Shown piece after piece: positions 23,726 through 35,142 of a stretch of DNA of 64,000 bases. The stretch covers positions 806,001 to 870,000 of the forward strand of contig BROI01000008.1 in NCBI GenBank assembly GCA_027923505.1, read 5' to 3'. The position numbers and the translations under genes were made by a program. Below the pieces are notes generated by a model. The model was not told the origin of the DNA. It made no database searches and saw only the letters and a list, made by a program, of their open reading frames with translations. The stretch is from Mayamaea pseudoterrestris (lineage: Eukaryota). Every line of letters starts with the position of its first letter. The first letter of the stretch is position 1.

Positions 23726-26700
23726 ATGTCACATTTCGCAATGGTTCCTCACGGCTCGCCCGTCGAGTTGCCTGAGAACCCCTGCTCGCAAGCAACTACT
23801 AAAGACATTCGAGAGCAACTTCATTCGATTTACGAGTCGTATGCCATTATGTATCCGAATCCTTTATTGTCACAGGAGCGACAGGAGCGTGATCGCTTGC
23901 AGCAAGCAGTGACAGCTGCATCGCAAGCGACGCAAATGAATCCGAAGCGAACGAAACGCGCTGGCCTTTTCAGTTTTCTTTGGGGTTCAAGGGGCAAGTC
24001 CGAAGACGATGGACCAGATCAACTAGCTGCAGCTGATTCTGAGGCGGAGGAGCATGCTGAAGATGGAATTCAGTACATGGAACAAGATGGCCCTTGGAGT
24101 GAGTATTTGTGCGGCACGGACACGCTCGACGTCGACTGCATTCCACCTGAGGCACATGCCTTGGCTCGCTTTCACGTGGCATCAATGCGAACACGCGGAG
24201 AACGACCAAATGCTGCTCGGTCGTCTTGGGAAGTGGCAGGAAGTAGCGTCGTTATTGTGACTGGCTTGGGAGAAGTGGTGGAATTTTCAAAGAATGGTGG
24301 AAACGGGCGACGACAATTTACATCGGATCGAGAACATTTGCAAGCATTCATATCTGCTGCTACTGATAGTGTCTTTCATGTAGCATATGTACGAGCTACC
24401 ACAATTGGACCAAACTTGTTGGCTGTGTCGTGGGGACTGCCGGATGGTCTGGTCCTTTTTTACCGACGACTTGTCGGGCAGGAAGTGATTGCATGGGAGC
24501 CCGTCGCTTGTCTGAGTGCATCCGAAGCAGTGAAGGCGAATATTGGCGATGTGTTTTTGGAGGAAAGTGGCTCTGCACTCCTGCGTGTGACGGATGTCTG
24601 TCCACTTGTCTTTGACGTTCCCAATGCTCCGCCGAATGCATGTTTGGCAGTAAGTCGATTAGGCGGCTACGTTGAGCTTGTTACATTGCCGACGAGAATG
24701 TGGTACGGTCCAGAAATTGAATCTCCTTCAAGCTCAGTTAGACGGCGAAAAGGAGTTGTTGAGCACTACGCAGCAAGTCTTGGGGATTTGGCAATGGATC
24801 CGGCGTCTATTGTGGCGTTGACGACGGCTGCGTATGCTCTGGACTGCATCTGCCTTGAAGCGTTTAGCACGGGTGTCTCCATACAAACCATTTGGGACAG
24901 GGAAACCTACCCAGACGAACCTCCAGCTGAGTTCGTGTTGGCAGCCGTTGGTACGAGCACAAAAGGTGCCGGAGAGATCGTCTGCTTTTGGGCAGTGTCC
25001 TCGATTGCGCCTGTAGACAGCGGCGTGGAAATGCTAAAGGGCTTCAGCATATCAGCTTCACTCGTCGAGTCGGTCAAACTTGGTTCTGTTGGTTCAGATC
25101 TAACATTTTTTGTGGATTCGTCGATAATGAAACTATGGCGAAGGCCTCGTCAAGTCATGCTCAAAGTAGACGGCCAAGAAGCTTTGGGACCGAATGCTCA
25201 CGCCGCGGCACATCGAATAGCCACCATATCCGTTCATATGCCCATTGTGTCGCTGTGCTTTGCTGTTGAATCGACGGGCGATGCGCTAGGTTGCCTTCTA
25301 GATGCCAACGGAGGCGTCACGCTCATAAATTGCCAAATGTTAAGTCGATTAGTTTCGCATTCGCTAACACCAGAACAGCATGAGTTCTTGTTTCACAACG
25401 AAGTTGACGACGATGTGCCACTGGCGAGCATTTCTCTTGATCGATCTGTTACGTCTAGTCGTCTCCTTTCATCAGTACGCAAACGATTTGTTGCCGATAT
25501 TCAATTCTTGAATAAGCAGCTGGATTCGAAATGTTCGCTTCTCGCGGCAGTCGTGCCAGGCGCTGGCATATATATAGTTTCTTCTGCAGTTGATTTTCGA
25601 GACGCATACTTGAAGTCGCCACTACATTCCACTACCCTTCTTCGGAACAGCTATGCTGGGATTGTGGCATGTTGCAACGCCAGCGCCAATGGTGCGTGCT
25701 TGGTTTCGACGACAAAAGTCAGCGCGTTGGAGCCTCGGGCGCTGGTGCGATCACTGGTGGCGGGAGCAAATTACGTGGAGGCAGCTAGAGTTGCCGAGAT
25801 GCTGGCTGATGATGAACGAAAGGATATAGTGGATGCTGCAGATTTCACATACCAACAGTTATGGGAGGAAACGTTTTCGTTTGATGCATTAATTAACATT
25901 ACAGACAATCAATATGTTATTGACCAAGCATTATCAATGAATGAGCAATTGGGCCTTAGATTGGACGACCACGACTCTTTCTCCCTGTTTCGCTTGGTCC
26001 ACTGCCATGCACTATCAAGACTTATTTGTGGAGAAAACGCCCAGCTTCTTTCGCGCCAGTTAAAAGGCAGGCTTACTGCCCTCGGAACCTACGAGTTACT
26101 ATGCGATTGTTTAAGTTTAAGCAAAAACATCGCAAATTTTTTCGTCGGCTTCCTTTCTGCCGACGTGACTGACATAGCAAGATCACTGGCACGAAACGCT
26201 GAGTTGGATGCTCTTTCGATCGTATGTTACCGCCACGTGGATAAACTATCGATTGACTATACCTGGCTCAATGAAGTATCGCCGTCGATTTCGCCCATGA
26301 TGTACAGTCACCTTTTCCCGGTAAATTGTCAGGCGACAATGCCGTCATTTCTGGCTGTCACTGGCGAGTGTACTTGGAAAATTTGTCGCTGGGAGGAGCT
26401 ACCCGCTTATCTTCTGGATTCATATAACCTTGCCGTTCTTGTCGATACGGATGATTTTACAATGCTAGTGACTCAGCTTTCCGATATTGTCGTCAAATTT
26501 GAATTTGCAAGTCACGACTGGTACACTAAACGCATGCAGGAATTTCAAATGTACGGCGCGAGTGTTCAGAATACGGCTGAGTTGTGTCGCCTTGGCATAC
26601 AAGCTTGTTCTCCCTCATGCGATTTTAAGGGTGAGCTATTTGAAGCTCTGCAGTATATGGATGGTGTACGCTCGGCCACGATACGGGAAGAAGAAACGTT

Positions 26701-29700
26701 TTCTCATCTACAAACACGACCTTACAACTTGCTTAGTGTGACGGAGCCGCATGAGTTAGTCGCACTAGTTTTTGAAGGCGAGACAAATGTACAAGAGGTC
26801 GACCACCGATATAGAACTTACCTGATTCCCTTATGTGAAACAATCGGCCGCGAAAATCTCGATCAGGCGCTGCTTAAGCACTGCTCAAGCACTTTTGAAC
26901 GTTTACTTAGTGAGAATGAAGCTCCGACTGTCGTAGACTTTTTCTCAGCTGTCGTCAAGTGCACAGTGTGTGCCTTTTTGAGCAGGCCATCATTGGAGAT
27001 TAAGAAGAGAATAATTCAAAACACAAGAGCGTTTCTCTGTTTAATTGAAACTACGTTCGCCGGCATTATGAAGTTCGCATATCGTTTGTGCTTAGATGAC
27101 TTTCAAAGTCGGCAATTGATTGACCAAATGTGGTCAATGTATGAATGTATTCCGACAAGACTATCAGTCGATGGCACTGATGACCTCGAAGAGCTGCACG
27201 CAATGGCCGACGAAATGTTTGAGGCGCTGACGCTACTTTCTATATTGTGCGAATGGCCTGGTTGTCACGCGTTTGAGATAATCCAAAGCGCTGAAGGTGA
27301 AGGTCTCTATCAAAAAGTGGTCGGCTGTATCTGCCAATCGTTTTATAATCAACGAAATTTTACCGAAGACAACAGGGCGGCTACCTTACTTTCGGCGTTG
27401 CTTAGCGACATTAGTGAGTGTGAGCGCGTCTGCTCTGGCCAATCATGTGCCGTCAACCGTGTTTTCACCGTTGAGCTTGTATTGCCGCTGCTTCGACATG
27501 GAAAGGCGGCACTGTTAAGGCAAGTGCTTGACAGATCTAAATCCAATTGGATTGAATGGGGAATTGTATCGGACGAAATCATTTCTCTGTTCAATGATGT
27601 ATTTAAAGCCGAGGGTGACGTCGATCAAGCTATGGAACTTCAGTCGATTCTTGTTGCGCATTATCCAAAGTCGTTCCAGGATTTGGCAGAACTCCGGCGT
27701 TCTGTAGACGCAGCTCACTACATAAATACGGTTTTGCTTGCGGGCTGTGGTGCAGCTATATTTCAACCAGGAGATATATATGCTAAATTCCCACTTGATG
27801 TGCTTGAATGCGTGCTGTCGACAAATCCTTCTGCCTTGATTTGCGGTTGCGAGTCGTGGGCTGATCCCGCGTGGGCCGCTGATCTCAATGAGAGAATGAG
27901 AAACGCTTGTAAATCTGATACAATCGATAGCAATTTGATCGACGTCCACAGTTTGATTGGACAAGCGGTGCTGCATTTGGCTGGGCTAATGGGACTCAAC
28001 AATGCCATCTCCATCATGTACATAACGTTTCGCCTCGTTGTGCATGGGGTCGCTGCTAAGTTGTACGGCGCGGCTGCTGCATTGACTCGTACCCTCATCG
28101 GTACTTGCGCGGATTTGCCAGTGGATGTTACAACTTTGGTGCTAGTTTGTGTTCAGGAAGTGGCATGTCAAAGCGATTTCGACGATCTACAAACAAAACA
28201 AGAGCTGTGCAATGCTGCTTTGCATTTACGTGGACTGGACCATTGTTCAGATAGTTTCTATCAAGGATCACTAGACATCCTCCAGGCGTTGACTGATTTT
28301 GAATATGATTTGTATTTTTCGGGCGACTTGTCTTTAACTGTAAAAGCGCTGCACACGATGAAAAGATTTGTGTACGATACCTCAAACGAGTACAACGTGG
28401 ACCTAAAGAAAGCTTTAGTTGCACTCCGGAACCAGGCTTTGTTGGGATTCGTTGAAGACTCCCTTTTGGAAACCATATCGCGATACTGTTTCTACTGGTG
28501 CATCGTTCAATGTTCGCGGCCGAAACCGTGCTTGCCAACAGCTATTGAAAGCGTGTCCGCGCAGTCCCTTGTGAACGCATTCCTTGCTTACTCGATGCAC
28601 ATGACGGACACGGACGTGGCACTGGAGTCGCTGCGAGCGGTCCGAGGCATCTTGGAAGAGCAGTGTGACGCTGCCCAGCAATCATTGGAAAGCGCTCCGT
28701 CTTTAACGTCTGATTCTGCGATTGTACGCGGTCTCGTGCATCGCGGTTACAGTGTCACTGGCGCTCAAAGAGCTGCAATTGCTGTAAGCAATGTAGGCCT
28801 CGACGCGGCATTACGTTGGGCAGTGGTTCATTCAATGGATGAAGACTTTGATGGACCCATTTTGCGCTTAAGAGATGATGAAGCCATATTTGTTGATAAG
28901 TTGGGGTGCGCTTTTTTGTCGAGCGTTTTCGATTGTTTCGTTAAAGGTTTCTCGGGCAAGTGGCCCTCGCCCTCGCATATTTTTGTCGGCCCGTCCGTAT
29001 CTGTGCGCAAGACTATCGATGACCAGATTGAAGACTCTAGTATGCATTGGGATGGAGATGCTTCCTCTATCAACGTCAGTTGTAGCGAGTCGACCGAGGA
29101 CACTTCGAATGTTGTATGCCGTGTCGAAAGGCATATTGGACAAGAATCGACCATTGGTATACCAATTAAAAATCAATCCACTAAAGGTCTGTTGAATGGC
29201 TCAAAAGATCTAGAGTCGCCTACGAAGTTGAATAGCGTTGTGCAATTAGTTGGTGGGTCTCAAGTGGAAGTTAGTGGGACGCTACACTGTGAAATCCTCG
29301 CCGAAGGGAAAAGTGACAAAACCTTTGTCGTGTCAACTCCACCTTGTGACAGTGAAGTTTCCAAGGCGGAGCCAGCGACAACAGAGGTGGTATCAGTGAA
29401 CGCACCGAAGGAAATTTCGCCCGCGACACCACTTTTCACCGCACACGGAGGCAATTTTGCAGCGTCATTAAGCAATGTCAGTCCTGTTGTGAATTCATCC
29501 ACAGCCCGCACTCGATTGTTGGAGAGTGGACACAAAGCTCTGCTAGTGGCACGCAAATCAGCTAGCCCTTCAACTGAAGAAAGGAAGCGTTTGATAGACG
29601 AAGGACGGCGACTTTTGCAGCAGGCGCGAGGGAATCCTGCTTCTTCATCGCAGCATCGCTATTCGCTTCGTTCCGCGGCAAAAGCCAAGGCTGCTTATGT

Positions 29701-29938
29701 TTCGCCTGCAGTTGAAGCAAAATTGAGGCCGGCGTGTCATGTGGACGGTCCAGTCGTGAGGAACAGTTCATTGGCGGAAATTTCAGAGCCAGCATCAGAA
29801 GGTTTAAGGTCAGGTACTGATACGATTGCGAGCGCATTTGTAGCAACTAAAGGTGCAGTCCAATGGGATTTTGACGATGATGATCTTGCAGAAGGGAACA
29901 AAGGCGATGGTTGGGACTTTGATGAGGATTTTACATGA
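23726..29938 (+). CDS. 2070-aa NBAS/Sec39(MIP2)-like protein with a UBA-like domain
   Basis: Intact long ORF. N-terminal beta-rich region, then a helical region (RLTALGTYE, ARSLARNAELDAL, LNEVSPSISP, WYTKR, LCRLG); UBA-like GYS..AQRA..LDAALRW; acidic WDFD motifs at the C-terminus. Family assignment is by motif recall. Confidence 0.6.
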   Translation: MSHFAMVPHGSPVELPENPCSQATTKDIREQLHSIYESYAIMYPNPLLSQERQERDRLQQAVTAASQATQMNPKRTKRAGLFSFLWGSRGKSEDDGPDQLAAADSEAEEHAEDGIQYMEQDGPWSEYLCGTDTLDVDCIPPEAHALARFHVASMRTRGERPNAARSSWEVAGSSVVIVTGLGEVVEFSKNGGNGRRQFTSDREHLQAFISAATDSVFHVAYVRATTIGPNLLAVSWGLPDGLVLFYRRLVGQEVIAWEPVACLSASEAVKANIGDVFLEESGSALLRVTDVCPLVFDVPNAPPNACLAVSRLGGYVELVTLPTRMWYGPEIESPSSSVRRRKGVVEHYAASLGDLAMDPASIVALTTAAYALDCICLEAFSTGVSIQTIWDRETYPDEPPAEFVLAAVGTSTKGAGEIVCFWAVSSIAPVDSGVEMLKGFSISASLVESVKLGSVGSDLTFFVDSSIMKLWRRPRQVMLKVDGQEALGPNAHAAAHRIATISVHMPIVSLCFAVESTGDALGCLLDANGGVTLINCQMLSRLVSHSLTPEQHEFLFHNEVDDDVPLASISLDRSVTSSRLLSSVRKRFVADIQFLNKQLDSKCSLLAAVVPGAGIYIVSSAVDFRDAYLKSPLHSTTLLRNSYAGIVACCNASANGACLVSTTKVSALEPRALVRSLVAGANYVEAARVAEMLADDERKDIVDAADFTYQQLWEETFSFDALINITDNQYVIDQALSMNEQLGLRLDDHDSFSLFRLVHCHALSRLICGENAQLLSRQLKGRLTALGTYELLCDCLSLSKNIANFFVGFLSADVTDIARSLARNAELDALSIVCYRHVDKLSIDYTWLNEVSPSISPMMYSHLFPVNCQATMPSFLAVTGECTWKICRWEELPAYLLDSYNLAVLVDTDDFTMLVTQLSDIVVKFEFASHDWYTKRMQEFQMYGASVQNTAELCRLGIQACSPSCDFKGELFEALQYMDGVRSATIREEETFSHLQTRPYNLLSVTEPHELVALVFEGETNVQEVDHRYRTYLIPLCETIGRENLDQALLKHCSSTFERLLSENEAPTVVDFFSAVVKCTVCAFLSRPSLEIKKRIIQNTRAFLCLIETTFAGIMKFAYRLCLDDFQSRQLIDQMWSMYECIPTRLSVDGTDDLEELHAMADEMFEALTLLSILCEWPGCHAFEIIQSAEGEGLYQKVVGCICQSFYNQRNFTEDNRAATLLSALLSDISECERVCSGQSCAVNRVFTVELVLPLLRHGKAALLRQVLDRSKSNWIEWGIVSDEIISLFNDVFKAEGDVDQAMELQSILVAHYPKSFQDLAELRRSVDAAHYINTVLLAGCGAAIFQPGDIYAKFPLDVLECVLSTNPSALICGCESWADPAWAADLNERMRNACKSDTIDSNLIDVHSLIGQAVLHLAGLMGLNNAISIMYITFRLVVHGVAAKLYGAAAALTRTLIGTCADLPVDVTTLVLVCVQEVACQSDFDDLQTKQELCNAALHLRGLDHCSDSFYQGSLDILQALTDFEYDLYFSGDLSLTVKALHTMKRFVYDTSNEYNVDLKKALVALRNQALLGFVEDSLLETISRYCFYWCIVQCSRPKPCLPTAIESVSAQSLVNAFLAYSMHMTDTDVALESLRAVRGILEEQCDAAQQSLESAPSLTSDSAIVRGLVHRGYSVTGAQRAAIAVSNVGLDAALRWAVVHSMDEDFDGPILRLRDDEAIFVDKLGCAFLSSVFDCFVKGFSGKWPSPSHIFVGPSVSVRKTIDDQIEDSSMHWDGDASSINVSCSESTEDTSNVVCRVERHIGQESTIGIPIKNQSTKGLLNGSKDLESPTKLNSVVQLVGGSQVEVSGTLHCEILAEGKSDKTFVVSTPPCDSEVSKAEPATTEVVSVNAPKEISPATPLFTAHGGNFAASLSNVSPVVNSSTARTRLLESGHKALLVARKSASPSTEERKRLIDEGRRLLQQARGNPASSSQHRYSLRSAAKAKAAYVSPAVEAKLRPACHVDGPVVRNSSLAEISEPASEGLRSGTDTIASAFVATKGAVQWDFDDDDLAEGNKGDGWDFDEDFT

Positions 29939-30000
29939 TCTATGATGTAGCTATTGGCAGCAACGAAAAAGAACCTTACGCTTACTAATTTGCTTTGTAA

Positions 30001-31101
30001 TTACCCAGCATTCCGTCTTTTCATCACGTAATCTGACTGTTGCACTGACGAGAGCGACTGCGGAGAAGATTCGGTGAGACTGACAAGGTCATCGCTATTA
30101 TCATCAACGTTAAAGGTTTCATCCAAATCGTCCTGCCAAACATCGTCGTGAAAATTGGCCACGAGTAGCTTGGACGAGGATGGGAGCGCCCGCATTGGTG
30201 CTTGTCGATATAGCATTCCTCCTGTCAAACAAAGAAAGAGGCATAGAATGCCGCCTGGTGGAGCATGCTGGTCCCAAACGACCAAATTCAAAATTATCGT
30301 CAAGCACTTATTCATGACGCCGATTAAAGTATAGGTTGTCGCCGACACCTTGTCACGACACCACCAGCCAGAGTACCCAATGCCAACAGCGGCAATGCAG
30401 CCCATGACAAGAAAGCAGACTGCTAGCGCCGTAAATGGATGTGTTCCTACACTCTGATCGTGTGCAAATTGCTGGTACTCGTGCGCCAAGGTTGCCAGTA
30501 GCAGCATGGGCGGCAGTCCGAGCAAATTGGTGTATAAAACGGGTCCACTCCGTGTCTTTAAATTAACAGAACTGATAATTCGCTTGCCATAAGCCATTTC
30601 AAAACTTATGACTGCCAAGTAAATCATGGGCCATGTATATGCCAATAAACCTTGCGTTTGAAACTTGTCATCGTAACTCGCGTATCCATAGGCTCCAATC
30701 ACAATTATGAGCAACGAAACCCAGCTCTGAAATCTCGGATACACTCTTCCTAGAAACAAGGCATCTAAAAAGGCAACTATGCACGGACTGAGCGCTCGAA
30801 AGACAATAATTGTTTCCACGTTGCTTGTCGACAAACTCCTCATGTTGGCGTATACACCGATCGAAAAGGCAACTATATAGATGCAATACGGCTTAACATG
30901 CCTCCATTTCAATTCGTCGACTGATAGTAGTTGCGTGTATTTGGCCGAGTAAATGAAAATGAGCGTCATGACGAGTTGAAAGGCAACAATGAGGGAGGGA
31001 TAGGGCAAGTGATGGAGCGTTAATTTGTTGAGTAGGACAAGTGTTCCCGAACAAAGACTATATGCTAATGTAGACAGAAGTATTTCTGTACTATTCCTCA
31101 T
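30001..31101 (-). CDS. GDP-sugar (mannose/fucose) transporter, GONST-like
   Basis: LVLLNKL, NVETIIVFR, VLYTN and SATTYTLIGVMNK; about 10 TMs. Confidence 0.88.
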   Translation of the reverse strand: MRNSTEILLSTLAYSLCSGTLVLLNKLTLHHLPYPSLIVAFQLVMTLIFIYSAKYTQLLSVDELKWRHVKPYCIYIVAFSIGVYANMRSLSTSNVETIIVFRALSPCIVAFLDALFLGRVYPRFQSWVSLLIIVIGAYGYASYDDKFQTQGLLAYTWPMIYLAVISFEMAYGKRIISSVNLKTRSGPVLYTNLLGLPPMLLLATLAHEYQQFAHDQSVGTHPFTALAVCFLVMGCIAAVGIGYSGWWCRDKVSATTYTLIGVMNKCLTIILNLVVWDQHAPPGGILCLFLCLTGGMLYRQAPMRALPSSSKLLVANFHDDVWQDDLDETFNVDDNSDDLVSLTESSPQSLSSVQQSDYVMKRRNAG

Positions 31102-31224
31102 GCTTGAATTGAGCCTTCTCGGCGTTACGACTTTTAAAAACAAAGAAACGAGGGCGATGCAGTCCTTTCCTCCATGGTGGTCGGCGGCGAGTTGTCGCTA
31201 CGAATTGCATCATGGTCAATTGTG

Positions 31225-31408
31225 TCATACTATTGCCTGATGACGCAGTTTTCACTGGCACTCGTTTCATACTAATGCCTCATGACGCAGTTTTCACTGG
31301 CACTCGTTTCGTACTATTGCCAAATGACGAACTTTTCACTGGCACTCGTTTCATAGTATTGCCTTATGACTCACTTTTCACTGGCACTCGTTTCAGACTA
31401 TTGCCCCT
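31225..31408. repeat. Tandem array of four 42-bp units plus a leading linker: same 28-bp core as the 18063 array, ATACTATTGCC-type linker
   Basis: Units start at 31241, 31283, 31325 and 31367. Confidence 0.97.
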
Positions 31409-31515
31409 TTAATGTCGCACCGGTTCATTGGCTGGCTTTACTGCGAAATGCGACGCCCCACAGTCCATTTTCGTTTTTGCCACCGTCGCGCTTCCTAAAT
31501 TATTATAATATCAAG

Positions 31516-34086
31516 ATGTCATCTGCAACAACTGACATGTCCGTCAAGGTTGGAGGTCGAGTTTTTCACCCCGCTCTTCCAGTGGTCGATGGAGCCTTTC
31601 CCACTAAAACTGAACAAGGGTTTCAAGATTCATTGACTTCCTTTGTGTCAGCCAACGTTCCATTAGAATCGCGCGAAGGGATACAAACGCGGGAGCGCGT
31701 ATTGGATAGTATGGGGGTGCTTTGTCGCGATTGGATTCGGTCTGTTTGTGCCAGTAAAGGATTGGCGCCGGATGTGATTGACATGGCGGGTGGATCGCTG
31801 TACACATCGGGATCCTATCGATTAGGTGCGGTGCATAACAGCATGATGGGGAGGATTGTGATGATGCAATGGAGTGCTTAACACTTTTATTTCGTCGTTC
31901 GTCTATTTTTATACAGGTGTTCACGAACCTGGAGCCGACATCGATACCATTCTGGTGGCACCGTCGTTTTGTAGACGCACTGACTTTTTTGGGTTAAATA
32001 TGGTTTCGGAATCCGGCGCTCGCGACCCCAATTCGCTCGCAGAACGCATTCGCAGGCATCCTGATGTAGAAAATTTTGTCGCCGTGGATACAGCCGCTGT
32101 TCCCATTTTAACTTTTGATTGGTCAGGCGTCAATATCGATCTTTTGTTTGCCCGCGTCAATACAAATTCCGTCCCACCCAACTTTGACATTGACAATGAC
32201 AGTGTCTTGGATGGAGCTGATGGTGCGACGGAGAAGTCGTTGAATGGTCCACGCGTTACTAATTTAATTGCCAAACTCGTTTCGGGCACGCCGGACAGGT
32301 ATCAGACCTTTCTTACTGTTGTGAGATGTGTGCGAAAGTGGGCCAAGTATCGGGGCTTGTATAGCAACAAGATGGGTTATTGGGGTGGTGTGAATATTAA
32401 CATTGGAGTAGCCTTGACGATTCAAATGTATCCGAATGCCTGCGCCGCGAGTTTGCTACGCAAATTCTTTCTCGTTTTTAAGACGTGGAGATGGCCACAG
32501 CCAGTCATGCTGACAAAGCCTCACGACGCTGGATATGGCCTTCCCGTCTGGAGTCTGCAAGGGGCGGCTCGGCAAATTGCGCCAATGATCACACCAGCTT
32601 ATCCTGCCATGAACTCGTCTCTTTCCGTGTCTCGGCAAACACTTCAAATCATGCAGGCCGAGTTTGAACGTGGACATGCAATTGTGGATTCATTTTGGAA
32701 GCGATACAATGCTAATCAAGTTGAAATTGATTGGAACAGCTTGTTTGCTCCATCTGACTTCTTCATTAGTTATCCTGTATGCACCGTTGAGATTTGTGTT
32801 GCTTGAATCTGCTTTGTGCTTTTGCTAACGCAATCCGTTCCGCTCATTCACAATTACAGCATTACCTGTCACTTTGCATCGTTGGTCCTACGCAGAATGA
32901 AGCTCAAGCATGGTGTTCTTTTGTGGAGTCGCGTCTCCGGAAATTGGTCTCCGATCAGCTGGGCCGAAGTCTACCCCTCAAGCGTATACAGTTGTGGCCA
33001 AAGAAGATTGAACATTGCGTTGCGGACAAGGGGGCTATTCTTACTTTGGCGCAGCGACAAAACGCCGTCACTTATTTTGTCGGTTTCCAGGTGGATAAAT
33101 ACCGCATGCGCGGCACCGAGCTGAACATAGAAGGGACACTACAGAAATTTCGCGAATGGGACTTGCTTAAATTTCAACCACTATTGACGGGCATGGACAT
33201 TCTGGCTAAAGTGTTCAAAGTAAAAGAGCTTCCCAAGGTTTGTTTCGTCGATGTTTACGAAAGTAAAGAGGCTGCCATGCGGAAACGGCGGATTATGCTT
33301 GATGCTGATCCTGCCCGACAGGAACGCAAACGAAAAGCCAAGTTGGATGAGCTCAAGGCCAAAATGGCGCTAATCCAGCGTAAGAAAGATTCGGAGAATG
33401 ATAAGAAGCGCAAACAGGATGAAATTGAGCTCGAGGAAGCCGAAGTAATACTTGAGGCTAACGAAAGCGCCGTAGCGTCTGAGGCAGCTGTCAACGAGGA
33501 AACAAACCTTTTAGAGAGTGCACTTGACAATATACAAGATTCTGGCGAGACAAAATCTCGAGAAGAGGCTGAAGCTGACAAGAAGAAACTTTTATCGGGC
33601 GATCAACTGGAGAAGGAAGTCGACGAAGAAGCGCAAGGTGCTAGCGACGACGACGATTACGGCTATACGGCTGGCAGAAACTTATTGAGCCTCATGCCGA
33701 CGCGTCCCAAACGAGACATGAGATCACTCCCTCCCACCGAAGAAGAGTTAGAAATTCTACAAACGCTTGGCTATTCCGTCGTCACGGACGATGAAAACAA
33801 GGTAATTGGAGCAAGCATGCCAGGTCCATGGTGCTCGAGTGGAACAGGTGGTGACATGGCGATTGTCGGCAATATCAAGCGCGTCAGAATAAAGTTTTTG
33901 GAGCCATTCGATGTTGTGGAGCTTGATCCACTCGGTCATGTGATTGACAAAGGCGATGACGATTTTTCCCCATGCAAGAATTGGACTGGACGAAAAGCTG
34001 GCTTTGAGTTCAAGCTTGGCGAGCGAGGTATGGGCTACTATCGAACTGGGAAGCCAGTCGTTGTTCCATCCAACACGATTTATTAG
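31516..34086 (+). CDS. Canonical poly(A) polymerase, 3 exons
   Basis: GSYRLG/VHEPGADIDT, IDLLFA, SLNGPRVT, WAKYRGLYSNKMGYWGG, ITPAYPAMNS and FVESRLRKL. Confidence 0.93.
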
Positions 34087-34551
34087 TACTATTGCAGCTT
34101 GGATATAGTGACAGATTACTAATTTATGAAGATCACCCTGTTAATGTAGTGTGCGTCCTTAAATATCAGCATCGTTAGAGCGTTTCCATTGTTCGAAGCA
34201 ACCGCTTCTCGCCCGTCGGAGAGGAGTATGGATGGAAGCTACGTTACAATGTAGTGACTGTACATTCGACTAAAATGGAGTGTACAGCTTCGGTGTGGTC
34301 AAAGCCAAAAAACGATTGCACCTTGTTCTCATCGGCAACGCGTCATTTAGGCCGCAAAAGTCTCGCCAGTCACTTCAGTAAGCAACGGTCGTCATAACAA
34401 GTGCAACAATGACATCGTTTCTCCCAAGTTAGTCAGATACTGTCTACATACGCATACTTCTAGTTGTCTTACTAACAATGCCCTGAACAGTCATTCCGCA
34501 AGGGGCGGGCGGTCACGTCACTTTTCGCGAGCGAGGCTTTCTGCCAGTGAT

Positions 34552-35142
34552 CTATGACGTTCTGCGTAAATTATCGTGCGGCTGTGATATGTCTTTATCC
34601 ATGAAAACATCATGATCATCATTAGCAGCAGCGACGACGCGCTCGTCCTCCAACTGAGTAAATAATGACGGGCGCTTGATGGAAGATGGCGAAAAACATT
34701 TTTCACTTTCTTCCGCGATCAGCCCCGATGAAAACCATCCGCGACAAGCTTGGTCCATAATTTCAGACCGTAACTGTTTCTCACGCTCATTGTCAGAGAA
34801 TGAGCATCCAACCCCAAACATGGTAAAGTCACTTCTATCATTCTCGTCGCAATTGCTTGACGCCGATTGTCGATGTGGTTTGCACACCCGTTCGTATGTC
34901 TCCCAAGCTGTTCGCAACTCGACAAACAATGCCTTGGCTTGCTTAGCATTTACAAAAGCCTTGTCTGGATGAAGCTCATGCAGTTTTTGCAGGTATGCCG
35001 CTCGTAGATTCTTGTACGAGACCTTGTAGGAGTCGGAAAGCTGAGGAAGAGACACTTGTGTCTGCGTCGGGAAAACCAGCCGGTACAGCTCTTGTTTGGC
35101 TCTCCAGTAAGTTATTGCGGATGCAGCTCGTCCATTGCTCAT
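34552..35142 (-). CDS. DnaJ-domain protein
   Basis: LRAAYLQKLHELHPDK...FVELRTAWETY is a J domain with an intact HPD. Confidence 0.75.
   Translation of the reverse strand: MSNGRAASAITYWRAKQELYRLVFPTQTQVSLPQLSDSYKVSYKNLRAAYLQKLHELHPDKAFVNAKQAKALFVELRTAWETYERVCKPHRQSASSNCDENDRSDFTMFGVGCSFSDNEREKQLRSEIMDQACRGWFSSGLIAEESEKCFSPSSIKRPSLFTQLEDERVVAAANDDHDVFMDKDISQPHDNLRRTS

Noticed and set aside
18063..31408. 42-bp repeat arrays as CRISPR arrays
   Set aside because: The 14-bp linkers are short and near-identical within each array rather than unique spacers; there are no cas genes and the context is eukaryotic.
34087..34551. Possible ncRNA in the gap between PAP and the DnaJ gene
   Set aside because: No tRNA cloverleaf or convincing snoRNA boxes were seen by eye; consistent with convergent 3' UTRs.
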